From the NCBI GenBank assembly GCA_964230645.1, contig CAXRHT010000001.1:619194-683193 (forward strand): a stretch of DNA of 64,000 bases, read 5' to 3'. Both the position numbers and the translations under genes were made by a program. Positions 20,426 to 29,375 of this stretch are shown here, piece after piece. This DNA is from Bdellovibrionales bacterium. Lineage in GTDB: Bacteria > Bdellovibrionota > Bdellovibrionia > Bdellovibrionales > JAGQZY01. The stretch's first letter is position 1. Each line of letters starts with the position of its first letter. The notes under the pieces were generated by a model that saw only the letters and a program-made list of their open reading frames with translations, was not told the DNA's origin and did not search any database.

Positions 20426-20458
20426 AAGGGTCTCCATGGTGTGAGATCCTTTTTTTTA
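20426..20458 (+). terminator. Hairpin plus T8 after gspG (probable partial terminator or attenuator setting major/minor pseudopilin ratio)
   Basis: aagggtctc ... gagatcctt stem with one mismatch, followed by tttttttt, 24 nt after the gspG stop. Confidence 0.55.
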
Positions 20459-20548
20459 AAACAAAACAGCAAGTCCCCACCCACTCTTTGCATTTTCGCC
20501 TGAGCCCGCTCAACCTTCGAGCTTTTATACTGATTTCAAAGGACGAAA

Positions 20549-21214
20549 ATGAATAATCTTTTCCAGACATTTAGAAAATCTAACAAAAACGAAGCTGGCT
20601 TCTCCTTAATGGAGCTTATGATCGTTCTGATTATCGTGGGAATGTTTATTACATTCAGTGCAAGAAAGCTGGTCAATAGAAGCACCCAAATGAAAGCGGC
20701 CGTTCGCGATTTTTCAGCGATTACTAAAAAACTACGCAACCGTGCAAGGCTTGATAATAAAACCTATCGGCTGGTTTTTGACCTACCCGTGGACAAATCA
20801 AAAGCTCAAAGCTACTGGGTAGAATCAACGAGCAAACCCGCCCTTCTCCTCTCAAGCGAAGAACGGGAGGAATTAGAAGAAGACCTTGAAACTGTAGAAG
20901 ATGAAGAAGGTAACGAGCAGAAACCAGACCCACAAGGTTTTGTCACAGACAATGGAGTCATTAAAAAAGCTCCGGCTACCCTGCCCGATGGACTTTTTTT
21001 CCAGTCTATCGAAATCGATGGTGACCCTATAGAAAAAGTCGAAACAGGCCGCGTTTATATCTACTTTTTCCCCCAAGGCTATGTTCAGAAAAGTGCGATT
21101 CACCTGACAAACCGTGATACCCTGAACTGGACTCTTGTTATTTCAGGACTCACAGGACGGGTCGATATTTTTAACAAGGAAAGAGAACTCAAGGAATTCA
21201 AGGTGGAAGACTGA
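20549..21214 (+). CDS. gspH: Minor pseudopilin, GspH-like
   Basis: Prepilin motif EAGFSLMELMIVLIIVGM; position after gspG. Confidence 0.6.
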   Translation: MNNLFQTFRKSNKNEAGFSLMELMIVLIIVGMFITFSARKLVNRSTQMKAAVRDFSAITKKLRNRARLDNKTYRLVFDLPVDKSKAQSYWVESTSKPALLLSSEEREELEEDLETVEDEEGNEQKPDPQGFVTDNGVIKKAPATLPDGLFFQSIEIDGDPIEKVETGRVYIYFFPQGYVQKSAIHLTNRDTLNWTLVISGLTGRVDIFNKERELKEFKVED

Positions 21215-21741
21215 TGAGATTGAAACTGGGTGAAAAAGGATTCTCACTTTTTGAAGTACTGATTGCCATGTCGATCATGTCGTCGGCCGCCATCCTTATG
21301 TATATGTCTTGGCACGGTAACCAGGTTCGAGTGCAAAAAATGGCCATAAACAATAAAGCGGCTCTTCTATTAGACCAAATCATGTCACGCCTTGAAATCG
21401 AATACTCTGAGAGAATCACGCAGCTTCCTGAAAATGATGGTGGAGAATTCGAAGGCAATCCCCGTTACAGCTGGAAAATGGAATCTCGCGATTTTGAAAT
21501 GCCGGATTTAAGGTCGGTCTTGATTTCAGGAGATCAAGGGAATGAAGCCATGCTTCTCGTGGTGGATAAACTCACTGAATATCTGAATCAAAGTGTTAAA
21601 GAAATGAAAGTCACAGTCTTTTACAAGCGCGGTAAACAAACAACCTCCTATACGGCCACCACTTTTCTTGTCGATTACAATCAAAGCATTCCTATTGGAG
21701 GAGGCATCCCTGGGGGAGCCGGGGGAGGTTTTGGGCAATGA
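21214..21741 (+). CDS. gspI: Minor pseudopilin, GspI-like
   Basis: Prepilin motif EKGFSLFEVLIAMSIM. Start overlaps the gspH stop (TGATG). Confidence 0.6.
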   Translation: MRLKLGEKGFSLFEVLIAMSIMSSAAILMYMSWHGNQVRVQKMAINNKAALLLDQIMSRLEIEYSERITQLPENDGGEFEGNPRYSWKMESRDFEMPDLRSVLISGDQGNEAMLLVVDKLTEYLNQSVKEMKVTVFYKRGKQTTSYTATTFLVDYNQSIPIGGGIPGGAGGGFGQ

Positions 21742-22823
21742 CCGGACTTCCTCGTTTGCTTTCGGGGGCCTGTCCAAGAGCCCTCAGCAATAAAATTCGC
21801 GAAGCTTTTCAAAGAGGCACGCACTCGGGTGCACTTCGTCTCCCGGATTGCACCACTTCGTGGCGCAACCCGAGATACGCAGCGCTCGCTGCTCGAGCCT
21901 CTTTGAAAAGCTTCGCGAATTTTATTGCTGAGATCTCCTGGCCAGTTTTTCAAGAGAAATACCGTAAGGGCTTTACCCTTATTGAAGTTATGATTTCTAT
22001 GTTTATTATGGCTATGTTGACCATTTTGGTTTCAACTTCCATTCGTACGGCTGTGCAAAACAAGAAGAAAATTGAGGATCGAGTTAAAACCGAGACTATT
22101 CTTTATGATACTCTTCGAGTCTTGAAGCTTGATATTGAGCGGGCCTTTCATTACCAAGATGTTTTTTGGGAAATTGAGAATTTGGCCATACAACAACTTG
22201 AAAATGAGCAGCAGAATCCCGGAGGACAAGGTCAAGGGCAAGTACAGGGTGGTTTTCAGAGAACGCAGCAGCCGGCTTTTGGAGCCAATCCTAATGTGCA
22301 GCAACGCCAGCCTCCGGTTCAACTCACACAGTTTTTAGGGGAGAAAAACAGTCTGCATTTTACTTCTCTTAATAACTTTCGCACCAAGTACAATGCGCCT
22401 GAGAGTGATCAAATGGAGGTGGGCTTTTACTTAGAGTCTTGTGAAAGACGAGACGGTAAAGGAAACACGCAATGTTTATGGAGACGGTCTTCTCCGCAAA
22501 TTGATGATGAAGTGGATAAAGGTGGTACAAAAGTTGTTGTGGCCGAGCACGTCCAAAAGTTTCAGCTTCGTTACCGTGATAAAAGAGAAGATGGCGAATG
22601 GGTGGATCAGTGGCGCTCGGACAACAAGGGACGCTCTGATCATCGCAATAAATTTCCCCACTTTGTGGAAGTCGAAATTGAAATTGAAGATGAGGACGAT
22701 AAAAGGTCCAGAAAAGTAAGCCAAACTATGGTGGTCTCTTTAGCTTTCCCCAATAATCAAACTCACATTCAACAGCAGCAGCAACAACAACAACTTCAAC
22801 AGAACTCGGGGGCCTTTCAATGA
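21738..22823 (+). CDS. gspJ: Minor pseudopilin, GspJ-like, with a roughly 72 aa leader containing a palindromic insertion and Q-rich inserts
   Basis: Prepilin motif RKGFTLIEVMISMFIMAML lies about 73 codons after the ATG. That ATG is coupled to the gspI stop (ATGA). The only other in-frame start before the motif is TTG 21903, inside the repeat arm. Confidence 0.65.
   Translation: MTGLPRLLSGACPRALSNKIREAFQRGTHSGALRLPDCTTSWRNPRYAALAARASLKSFANFIAEISWPVFQEKYRKGFTLIEVMISMFIMAMLTILVSTSIRTAVQNKKKIEDRVKTETILYDTLRVLKLDIERAFHYQDVFWEIENLAIQQLENEQQNPGGQGQGQVQGGFQRTQQPAFGANPNVQQRQPPVQLTQFLGEKNSLHFTSLNNFRTKYNAPESDQMEVGFYLESCERRDGKGNTQCLWRRSSPQIDDEVDKGGTKVVVAEHVQKFQLRYRDKREDGEWVDQWRSDNKGRSDHRNKFPHFVEVEIEIEDEDDKRSRKVSQTMVVSLAFPNNQTHIQQQQQQQQLQQNSGAFQ
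21783..21932. repeat. 150 bp palindromic element (perfect 36 bp arms, GC-rich 78 bp core) inside the gspJ 5' coding region
   Basis: Arm 21783-21818 ctcagcaataaaattcgcgaagcttttcaaagaggc is the exact reverse complement of 21897-21932. Weaker complementarity continues outward to about 21769/21946. Confidence 0.9.
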
Positions 22824-24133
22824 AGCTTATTGCCCTTTTAAGAAAAAAAACGGGTTCAGCCATTATGCTCGCTATTTTCACTGTGACCTTTGTTATTTTT
22901 TTGGCCACAGAAATCTCTAAGCAAACGATTATGGAGTACCTCACCTCCTCAACTGAGGTCAAAAAAGTGCAAGCTCATTATATGGCTGAAGCTTGTTTGC
23001 GGCTTAATCTTTTGAGAATCAAAGGCTATCAACAAGCCACAAGAGCTCTTGGAGACGCCATCCCCGATATGACGATGCTTGATATGATCTGGCAGTTTCC
23101 TCTGTCGTGGCCACCACAAGTACCCCAAGAGCTCAGTAATTTTGACAGCTCCACCATTAAGAAAACTGTGGGTGGATCGATTTTAAAAGGACAATTTGTT
23201 TCTTCCATTACTTCTGAAGGTGGAAAGATTGATATCAATGACTTGGGCTCTTTGTCAGAAGCGCTTCGTGAGAAAACTAAGATTCAACTTCTCCAAAGAT
23301 TCCAAGCGCGCATTCTCAATGGCGAGGATATCTTCTCGGAAAGATACGCCAATTTTAACTTTCAAGAGCTCATTAACAATATTGCCGACTGGGTCGATGG
23401 TGACCAAGAAAGTCTCAACGGAGGCAGTGAACAGGCCTATTATACTGACTATCGCAATGAGTTTATTCCTCCCAACCGACCTTTTAAAACCATGGAAGAG
23501 ATTCATATGGTTGCGGGCATGACCGATGAAATTTATGAGGAGCTCACAAAACACATCACTCTTTATGGGGTTAAAGGGATTAATGTGAACCAAGCCGAAC
23601 GGGATGTTCTTCTTAGTCTTTTTAATAACTATTCTCCTGAAGTGGCTGATGAACTGGTGACAGAGATTTTGAAACGTCGTAGTGATCCGGACCTCGGAGG
23701 CCCCTTTCGTGATGAAAAGGAATTCGTTGGCTTTTTGGGTGGATACATTGATCCGCAATCATTCAACAATGAAGAAAATAAAGTGCCCTTGTTTTTTGGC
23801 GCCGAACTCAATTTCCGTATCAATTGTATCGGAGTGATGGGCAATATGACCCGAGAGATTGATGCCGTTGTTTACGATGCCACCACCGTCAAAACTCGCT
23901 TGCAAGAAGCCCTTATGAAAGAACAAGAGGACGTGAACCAAAATCCTCAATGCCAAAATGAAACGGGCGAAGCTCTTTACGAATGTCTTTGTGAGAACGA
24001 AGAGAGTGAGGCCAAAAGGCAGCAGTGTATTACCAATAAAAAGAAAGCCGCCCAACAGAAAGAACAACAAACGAACCAACCCACTCCCCTACCCCCTGGC
24101 CCGCCTCGTATGATCATAAAAAGAGTGCGCTGA
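22820..24133 (+). CDS. gspK: Minor pseudopilin GspK-like
   Basis: N-terminal hydrophobic segment GSAIMLAIFTVTFVIFLA without the conserved Glu5, as in GspK; size and position fit. Start overlaps the gspJ stop (ATGA). Confidence 0.6.
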   Translation: MKLIALLRKKTGSAIMLAIFTVTFVIFLATEISKQTIMEYLTSSTEVKKVQAHYMAEACLRLNLLRIKGYQQATRALGDAIPDMTMLDMIWQFPLSWPPQVPQELSNFDSSTIKKTVGGSILKGQFVSSITSEGGKIDINDLGSLSEALREKTKIQLLQRFQARILNGEDIFSERYANFNFQELINNIADWVDGDQESLNGGSEQAYYTDYRNEFIPPNRPFKTMEEIHMVAGMTDEIYEELTKHITLYGVKGINVNQAERDVLLSLFNNYSPEVADELVTEILKRRSDPDLGGPFRDEKEFVGFLGGYIDPQSFNNEENKVPLFFGAELNFRINCIGVMGNMTREIDAVVYDATTVKTRLQEALMKEQEDVNQNPQCQNETGEALYECLCENEESEAKRQQCITNKKKAAQQKEQQTNQPTPLPPGPPRMIIKRVR

Positions 24134-24321
24134 TTTAGACCTTAGTCGGTGCTCGCTTCCTTGTTTGGCATAGACTGCCCTCTCTCACCTACGAGTGATT
24201 GATTTCTTCAGTATAGAAAGGCTTATATGGACAGCAAACTATTGATATCATAGAATGATTAAGCGGCAGAGCTTCAGTTTAAAAGCTAAAATTAGCTTTT
24301 GGTTTTTAAAAAAGGATTTTT

Positions 24322-25959
24322 ATGAGAAGTGTTGGAATTGATATTGGAAGAAACAGTATTAAGGTTGTGGAAGTTCTTGCCAGCAATCGCACCTACGAAA
24401 TCACAAAAGCTAAAGAATACAAAATTCTCAATATGGAAAGCAGTGATCAAGAAATAGATATCCTGCAAACACTTCACACTATTTCCAAAGAATTTGATAC
24501 TGAGTCTGCCAAAACAATTTGCTCGATCCGCCAACAGTATATTAGCTCTCGAAAGGTCTTTTTCCCTTTCAAAGAGCGCATGAAAATCCATAAAAGTTTA
24601 GCTTTCGAACTTGAAGACGACATCCCTCTGACGATTGATAAAGCCATCTACGATTCTAAAATTATTAAATTTCACGAAAAGTCAGCAGAAGTCGTTGCTA
24701 TGGCCTGTGTGCGCGAGGAAATCGAAAAGACTTTAGATATCATGGAGAGAGGTCATATTGATCCTGATGTGATCACACCTGAGTTTTGTGCGATCGCTAA
24801 TCTTTATGAAAAATGGTACAAAGCGCCTGACGCTGTTACTGAGGAAACCAACGAATCCACAGAGCCTGATAAACTTGTCGTTCACATTGGGCATTCAAAG
24901 ACTTTTGCAGGAGTTGTGAGTCGAGGCTATCTTGTTTGGGGGCGTAGTATTATGTGGGGGGCTGAAAAAGTGGCCGCCGCTATTTCCAATAGCTTTCAAG
25001 TCCCCTTTACCACCGCCCACGACATGATGCCAGACAAGGCCTTTGTACTTCTCAGCACAACTGACGCCAGTAAAGAGCATATCAAAATGTCGGAAGCCGT
25101 AACTAAAGCATTCGAACCATTGATTCAATCGTTAAGGCTTACGATCATGTTGGCAAATACTGACTACGGCACCAACGTTTCTGAAGTGGAGCTGATTGGC
25201 TCACCTAGTAAGATCAAAAATATTGCGCCCTATTTTACCCAAGAACTTGAGAAGTCTACCAACATCTCAAATCCCGCCCATCACTTTAGTGATCGTCACA
25301 TTAAAAATCATGAGCGCTTGGGGGACGCCTTTTTAATGGCCCTTGGTTTATGTATTGAAGGTTTAAGACGTCCCTTCAATCCTCCAGTCAACTTTCGACA
25401 AATGGAGTACGCTAAGAAGAACCTATCCTTTGAAAAATTTTGGGAAAAATGGGGGTATACGGCAAAGCTCATGGCCGCTGGTTATTTCTGCTATGTGGTC
25501 TACGCCGTCGCGATTGATACCGTCAGCACCCAGCTTGAACAGGCCTCTTATGATGTCATGATGAATCAAGCCAGTAAAATAGCGAAACTTAAGGGACGAA
25601 GTGCGACGCCTGGTAAAATAAAGGCTTTTATTCGAGATAAAAATAAAGAGGCGGATTTGGTAAAAGTCTATGACCAACTTGATGAGATCAACTCGCCCAT
25701 GAAATTCATTAATGAAATTAGCCAAATTTTACCTCCAAATAAAAACAATGAGTCTTTTGATGTTAGGCGCATGATGATCAAAGATCGCCAAATCACTCTT
25801 CAAGGGGTGGCAAAATCCGATGAGATAATAAAATCCATCGACAAGGCTCTAAAGGGTGTCGCTCTCAATGGCAAGGTCTCAAAAGCGCCCGCTACGATTC
25901 CTGATGAGGCTGGCAAGAAAAAGTTTGGCTTTAAGTTTAATGTGAAGAGAAAGAATTGA
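24322..25959 (+). CDS. gspL: GspL-like assembly protein (PilM-like actin-fold N-domain, TM, periplasmic domain)
   Basis: N-terminus MRSVGIDIGRNSIKVVEV is PilM/GspL-like. One central TM (LMAAGYFCYVVYAVAI). Positioned between gspK and gspM. Confidence 0.6.
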   Translation: MRSVGIDIGRNSIKVVEVLASNRTYEITKAKEYKILNMESSDQEIDILQTLHTISKEFDTESAKTICSIRQQYISSRKVFFPFKERMKIHKSLAFELEDDIPLTIDKAIYDSKIIKFHEKSAEVVAMACVREEIEKTLDIMERGHIDPDVITPEFCAIANLYEKWYKAPDAVTEETNESTEPDKLVVHIGHSKTFAGVVSRGYLVWGRSIMWGAEKVAAAISNSFQVPFTTAHDMMPDKAFVLLSTTDASKEHIKMSEAVTKAFEPLIQSLRLTIMLANTDYGTNVSEVELIGSPSKIKNIAPYFTQELEKSTNISNPAHHFSDRHIKNHERLGDAFLMALGLCIEGLRRPFNPPVNFRQMEYAKKNLSFEKFWEKWGYTAKLMAAGYFCYVVYAVAIDTVSTQLEQASYDVMMNQASKIAKLKGRSATPGKIKAFIRDKNKEADLVKVYDQLDEINSPMKFINEISQILPPNKNNESFDVRRMMIKDRQITLQGVAKSDEIIKSIDKALKGVALNGKVSKAPATIPDEAGKKKFGFKFNVKRKN

Positions 25960-25960
25960 T

Positions 25961-26638
25961 ATGGATATTGAATCACTCAAAGAACAGTTTATTGAGCAAT
26001 TTAAGAGTTATAAAAATCAAATTGAGGACTCTGAGTCCTATATTAAGCTCAAAGAGGGTTATGATAAACTCACACCCAATATTCAAGCTTTACTAAAGGC
26101 TTTCGGAGTTTTCTTAGTGCTCTACTTTTTTTACAGCATCCCGGCCTCTTACACTTCTTCGGCTGAGGAAAAGATGTCTCTGTTTGAAGAAAATCGAGAA
26201 ATCACTAGAGACCTTATCCGAGCTGGAAGAATTGCTAAGACAACACAACTTCCACCGCCCGCGCCGAGCCCTCAGCAACTCACCTCCAACATTGAGAGAA
26301 ACCTAAAGTCCCAACAGGTGCTTCCGGAACAAAAGCTTGGCATTACACCGATGCAAAATGTGGCTTCAAAATCTATTGTTCCAAAAAGTATCGAGCAATC
26401 GGGAATCAAAGCCAGTCTCAAAAAACTTAATTTAAGACAGGTTATAAAACTGGGCGAAGACATGAATGAAATCAATAGCTCACAACTCATGAATATGGTG
26501 ATTCAAGCCGACAGTAAAGATCCTCATTACTATAATGTCGATTACGAAATCGCTTCATTCTCAGTTCCAAGGGACACGAAACCTGTTGGCAAGGATAAGA
26601 AAAGTCGTTCAAGATTTGGCAAAAAAAAGAAAAAGTAA
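25961..26638 (+). CDS. gspM: GspM-like bitopic membrane protein
   Basis: Single TM (AFGVFLVLYFFYSI); the call rests on size and position after gspL. Confidence 0.45.
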   Translation: MDIESLKEQFIEQFKSYKNQIEDSESYIKLKEGYDKLTPNIQALLKAFGVFLVLYFFYSIPASYTSSAEEKMSLFEENREITRDLIRAGRIAKTTQLPPPAPSPQQLTSNIERNLKSQQVLPEQKLGITPMQNVASKSIVPKSIEQSGIKASLKKLNLRQVIKLGEDMNEINSSQLMNMVIQADSKDPHYYNVDYEIASFSVPRDTKPVGKDKKSRSRFGKKKKK

Positions 26639-26649
26639 GTTAGGATAAA

Positions 26650-27654
26650 ATGAACTCAAAACAAGTTTTACAATCCCTATTGAATGTTTTTAAGTACCAC
26701 AAAAAAAAGATTTTCTTCTTTTTTGGCTCTGTTGTTTTCGGAATCATTGTTTTGTTTCCCTACGATGATTTGAGCGACTTCATTACTCAACAGGTGACCC
26801 AAGAAACTCAAAGCAATGTCTATTTGCAATTTGACGGGCTTTCTTTTGGTCTCATGCCTCAGTTGGGTATTAAAATGGAAAACGTTTTAATCGAGACCGT
26901 TTACGCCCCGACTATGTCGGTCAAGACTCTTGGCTTTGCTCCCAAAATTTCCTCTCTACTCGGTTCGGCAGCAGGAAAGCTCGTTGCCTATGGTCTCTTT
27001 GACGGCGAAGCCTCTGTTGATTTTGGCCCAAGTAATGAACTCGACATTGAAGGCGAAGAGATGGGACTTGAGGTTGAGCTAGAAAATGTCGATCTCAAGG
27101 AACTGACCAAATTTATCAATGAATCCAAGAAACTTCCTGTCACCATGAATGGAACCACGCAATTGGATTCTAGTTTTTATGTGGACCCAAGCTTTAAAGA
27201 ACAGCCAAAGGGCACAGTCATTTTAGCTGTGAAAAACTTAGACATTCCATCCTCTACTCTCCCTATCAATATGAATGGGGTTCAAATGAGCCTTTCTCTT
27301 CCCGCTTTAAAACTCTCGGAGCTAAAGCTTGAAGGCAACCTCGATGATGGAAAGTTCTTTATTCGCGAGGGAAAAATTGGCGAAACTAAAAATGACCTTT
27401 ACGGAACTATTACTGGTGATGTCTTCTTCCAAATGGCCCCTGGGGGCCGCTTCCTTCCCGGTGGTTACGACTTAAAAGTGAACCTGAACATCAGTGAGAA
27501 TTTGCAAAGACAGCTCAAACTTTTTCTGAGTGTTCTCGATATGCATGAAGGCATTGGTGATAAATACAAATTTAAAAGTCTTCGAGGCGTGCGCTATTCC
27601 ATGCGCATCTCTGCCCGCAACTTCAGCTCAGCCCCCCAAGTCAAATCCTACTAA
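26650..27654 (+). CDS. gspN: GspN-like protein
   Basis: N-terminal TM (IFFFFGSVVFGIIVLF). Last gene of the gsp run. Assignment is by position and architecture only. Confidence 0.45.
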   Translation: MNSKQVLQSLLNVFKYHKKKIFFFFGSVVFGIIVLFPYDDLSDFITQQVTQETQSNVYLQFDGLSFGLMPQLGIKMENVLIETVYAPTMSVKTLGFAPKISSLLGSAAGKLVAYGLFDGEASVDFGPSNELDIEGEEMGLEVELENVDLKELTKFINESKKLPVTMNGTTQLDSSFYVDPSFKEQPKGTVILAVKNLDIPSSTLPINMNGVQMSLSLPALKLSELKLEGNLDDGKFFIREGKIGETKNDLYGTITGDVFFQMAPGGRFLPGGYDLKVNLNISENLQRQLKLFLSVLDMHEGIGDKYKFKSLRGVRYSMRISARNFSSAPQVKSY

Positions 27655-27772
27655 AAGGTACCAGGTTCTTTTTTCGGAAGCACAGTGACAATCTGTAGCT
27701 ACTATCTACTTAAAAGAGACCCGATACTTTAAAATTGGCGCTGCGCTTCCGAAAATAGAACCTGGTACCTTT
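27654..27772. repeat. MITE-like palindromic element, family copy 1
   Basis: TIRs are aaaggtaccaggttcttttttcggaagc (27654-27681) and gcttccgaaaatagaacctggtaccttt (27745-27772), matching 27/28. It begins at the last base of the gspN stop codon. Confidence 0.8.
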
Positions 27773-27911
27773 CATGGTGCGGTCCGGCAAATCCGGGATT
27801 CCTTTGCGACCTCTGGATAAAATCGGGTAATTTTCAAAGTTCTTCGGCTAGATCTATGGCCAGGGGGATGCATTTCGCGTACAACAGAAACTCGAGAAGG
27901 GAGCTTGATTT

Positions 27912-28343
27912 ATGTCAGGAGTTAACAAAGCAATTATTGTCGGACGCTTGGGTGCCGATCCAGAAGTGAAAACAGTTTCATCTGGGCAAACCGTTTGTCG
28001 TTTGAGTGTCGCCACAAGCGAAAACTGGACGGATCGTGATGGTCAAAAGCAAGAGCGCACCGAATGGCACCGAGTGGTTGTCTGGGGCCGAATGGCTGAG
28101 GTTTGCGGTCAGCACCTTGCCAAAGGACGCCAAGTCTATCTTGAAGGCCGTTTACAGACGCGTTCTTGGGAAGATCAACAAGGTGTTAAAAAGTACACAA
28201 CGGAAATCGTAGCAACGACCGTTCAGTTTCTTGGTTCCAATGATAGCCGTGGTCAATCCCAGAGTAGTAGCGGCGGAGGATCAGATTACCAAGATTTTGG
28301 TCCAGAACCCTCTTTTGATAGTAATGAGGAAATTCCGTTCTAA
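27912..28343 (+). CDS. ssb: Single-stranded DNA-binding protein
   Basis: OB-fold N-terminus [20 protein letters not shown], a Gly/Ser/Gln-rich linker, and an acidic tip ...NEEIPF. Confidence 0.9.
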   Translation: MSGVNKAIIVGRLGADPEVKTVSSGQTVCRLSVATSENWTDRDGQKQERTEWHRVVVWGRMAEVCGQHLAKGRQVYLEGRLQTRSWEDQQGVKKYTTEIVATTVQFLGSNDSRGQSQSSSGGGSDYQDFGPEPSFDSNEEIPF

Positions 28344-28486
28344 ACCCTCTTTTACGCCACCAATGTCCTTTTGGTGGCTTAAGTTCTTGTAATAGCTAAT
28401 CAATCGTCCACTTAGGACTTGGCCCATACTCGCAATTTCCTTATCATGAGAGAAGTATCAAAAAGGATGCTCATCAAGGAGTGAAA

Positions 28487-29365
28487 ATGCAGCCTCGAAT
28501 TAGCTTTATCAAATTTCTTTCACTTATAGCGGTCGCTCTTTTCGCCTTTCCCCAACAGTCTGAAGCCGGGAGAGTTGTGAAAACTAAGGGAAGAAAAGTC
28601 TTTATCAAATTGGATGCTGCCGAAGCCGGTGACATGGCCGAAGGCGACTATCTTTATATGACTTCAAAGTCCGGAAAAAAATACGGGATCGTAATAATCA
28701 GGAAAAAGAAGGGCCGCTTAGTTATCGCGAAACTGGGAAAAGGAAATGCCAAAAAAGGCATGTACACTCAACTGCGTAAATCTAATAAAAGTCGAAGCAA
28801 AAGCCGTCCGATGGAAACTGCTAGTGACGTAGCTCTCACCGAAAGTGTTGAAAAACGTTCAGACACAATGATCGGACTTCTTGGAAGTTTTGGAACGGCC
28901 ACTCAAAACGTCACCGGTGTGGCAGATATGTCTGGGTCTACGACAGGTTTTAAAGGTATTTTTGATTATGAACTTTTTAGCGACTTCGGAGTTCGTGCAA
29001 GATTAGGTCTTGATATGTTGTCGGTGGAAGGTTCAAGTGATAACGGAGATTTCGCAACCTCTATTTCCTACCTCACCATTGATTTATTATTACGATACTA
29101 CCTCTACCGAGACGACAGTTTCGGGTTTTTCTTAAATGGAGGAATGGGAATCTATTCACCAATGTCGACAGATTTGGGAACCAACCAAGCCTTACAAGAG
29201 GACTCGATTTCTACAACAAGTCTTCTTATTTTTGGGGGTGGTGTCGCTATTCCTTTTGGAGGTTGGCAGATCTTTCTCGGGGGTGATTACCTCTATTTCC
29301 CTCCTTCAGAAGATGTGGATACTAGTGTGATCTCCGGTAAACTTGGCTTAATTTTTGAAATTTAA
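28487..29365 (+). CDS. Outer-membrane beta-barrel protein, function unknown
   Basis: Signal peptide ...ALFAFPQQSEA, a Lys-rich linker, and beta-strand-rich C-terminal half ending ...KLGLIFEI. AAGGAG lies 5 nt before ATG 28487. Confidence 0.5.
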   Translation: MQPRISFIKFLSLIAVALFAFPQQSEAGRVVKTKGRKVFIKLDAAEAGDMAEGDYLYMTSKSGKKYGIVIIRKKKGRLVIAKLGKGNAKKGMYTQLRKSNKSRSKSRPMETASDVALTESVEKRSDTMIGLLGSFGTATQNVTGVADMSGSTTGFKGIFDYELFSDFGVRARLGLDMLSVEGSSDNGDFATSISYLTIDLLLRYYLYRDDSFGFFLNGGMGIYSPMSTDLGTNQALQEDSISTTSLLIFGGGVAIPFGGWQIFLGGDYLYFPPSEDVDTSVISGKLGLIFEI

Positions 29366-29375
29366 GGAGAAACTT

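Noticed and set aside
21681-21953. 90 aa minus-strand ORF spanning the gspI/gspJ junction that shares peptides (LSNKIREAFQRG, ASLKSFANFIAE) with the plus-strand gspJ ORF
   Set aside because: The shared peptides are a direct consequence of the perfect inverted repeat, since both strands read the same arms. There is no independent coding evidence.
23255-23758. 167 aa minus-strand ORF, plus 23759..24079 and 23629..23844
   Set aside because: They lie antisense within gspK, which has operon-coupled start and stop codons. There are no motifs or SD.
27654-27772. Possibility that the conserved-end, variable-core palindromes directly after stop codons are integron attC sites
   Set aside because: attC sites have the RYYYAAC core at the 5' end and GTTRRRY at the 3' end. 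Here the order on either strand is GTTC...GAAC. There is no integrase or cassette array, and the flanking genes are housekeeping.
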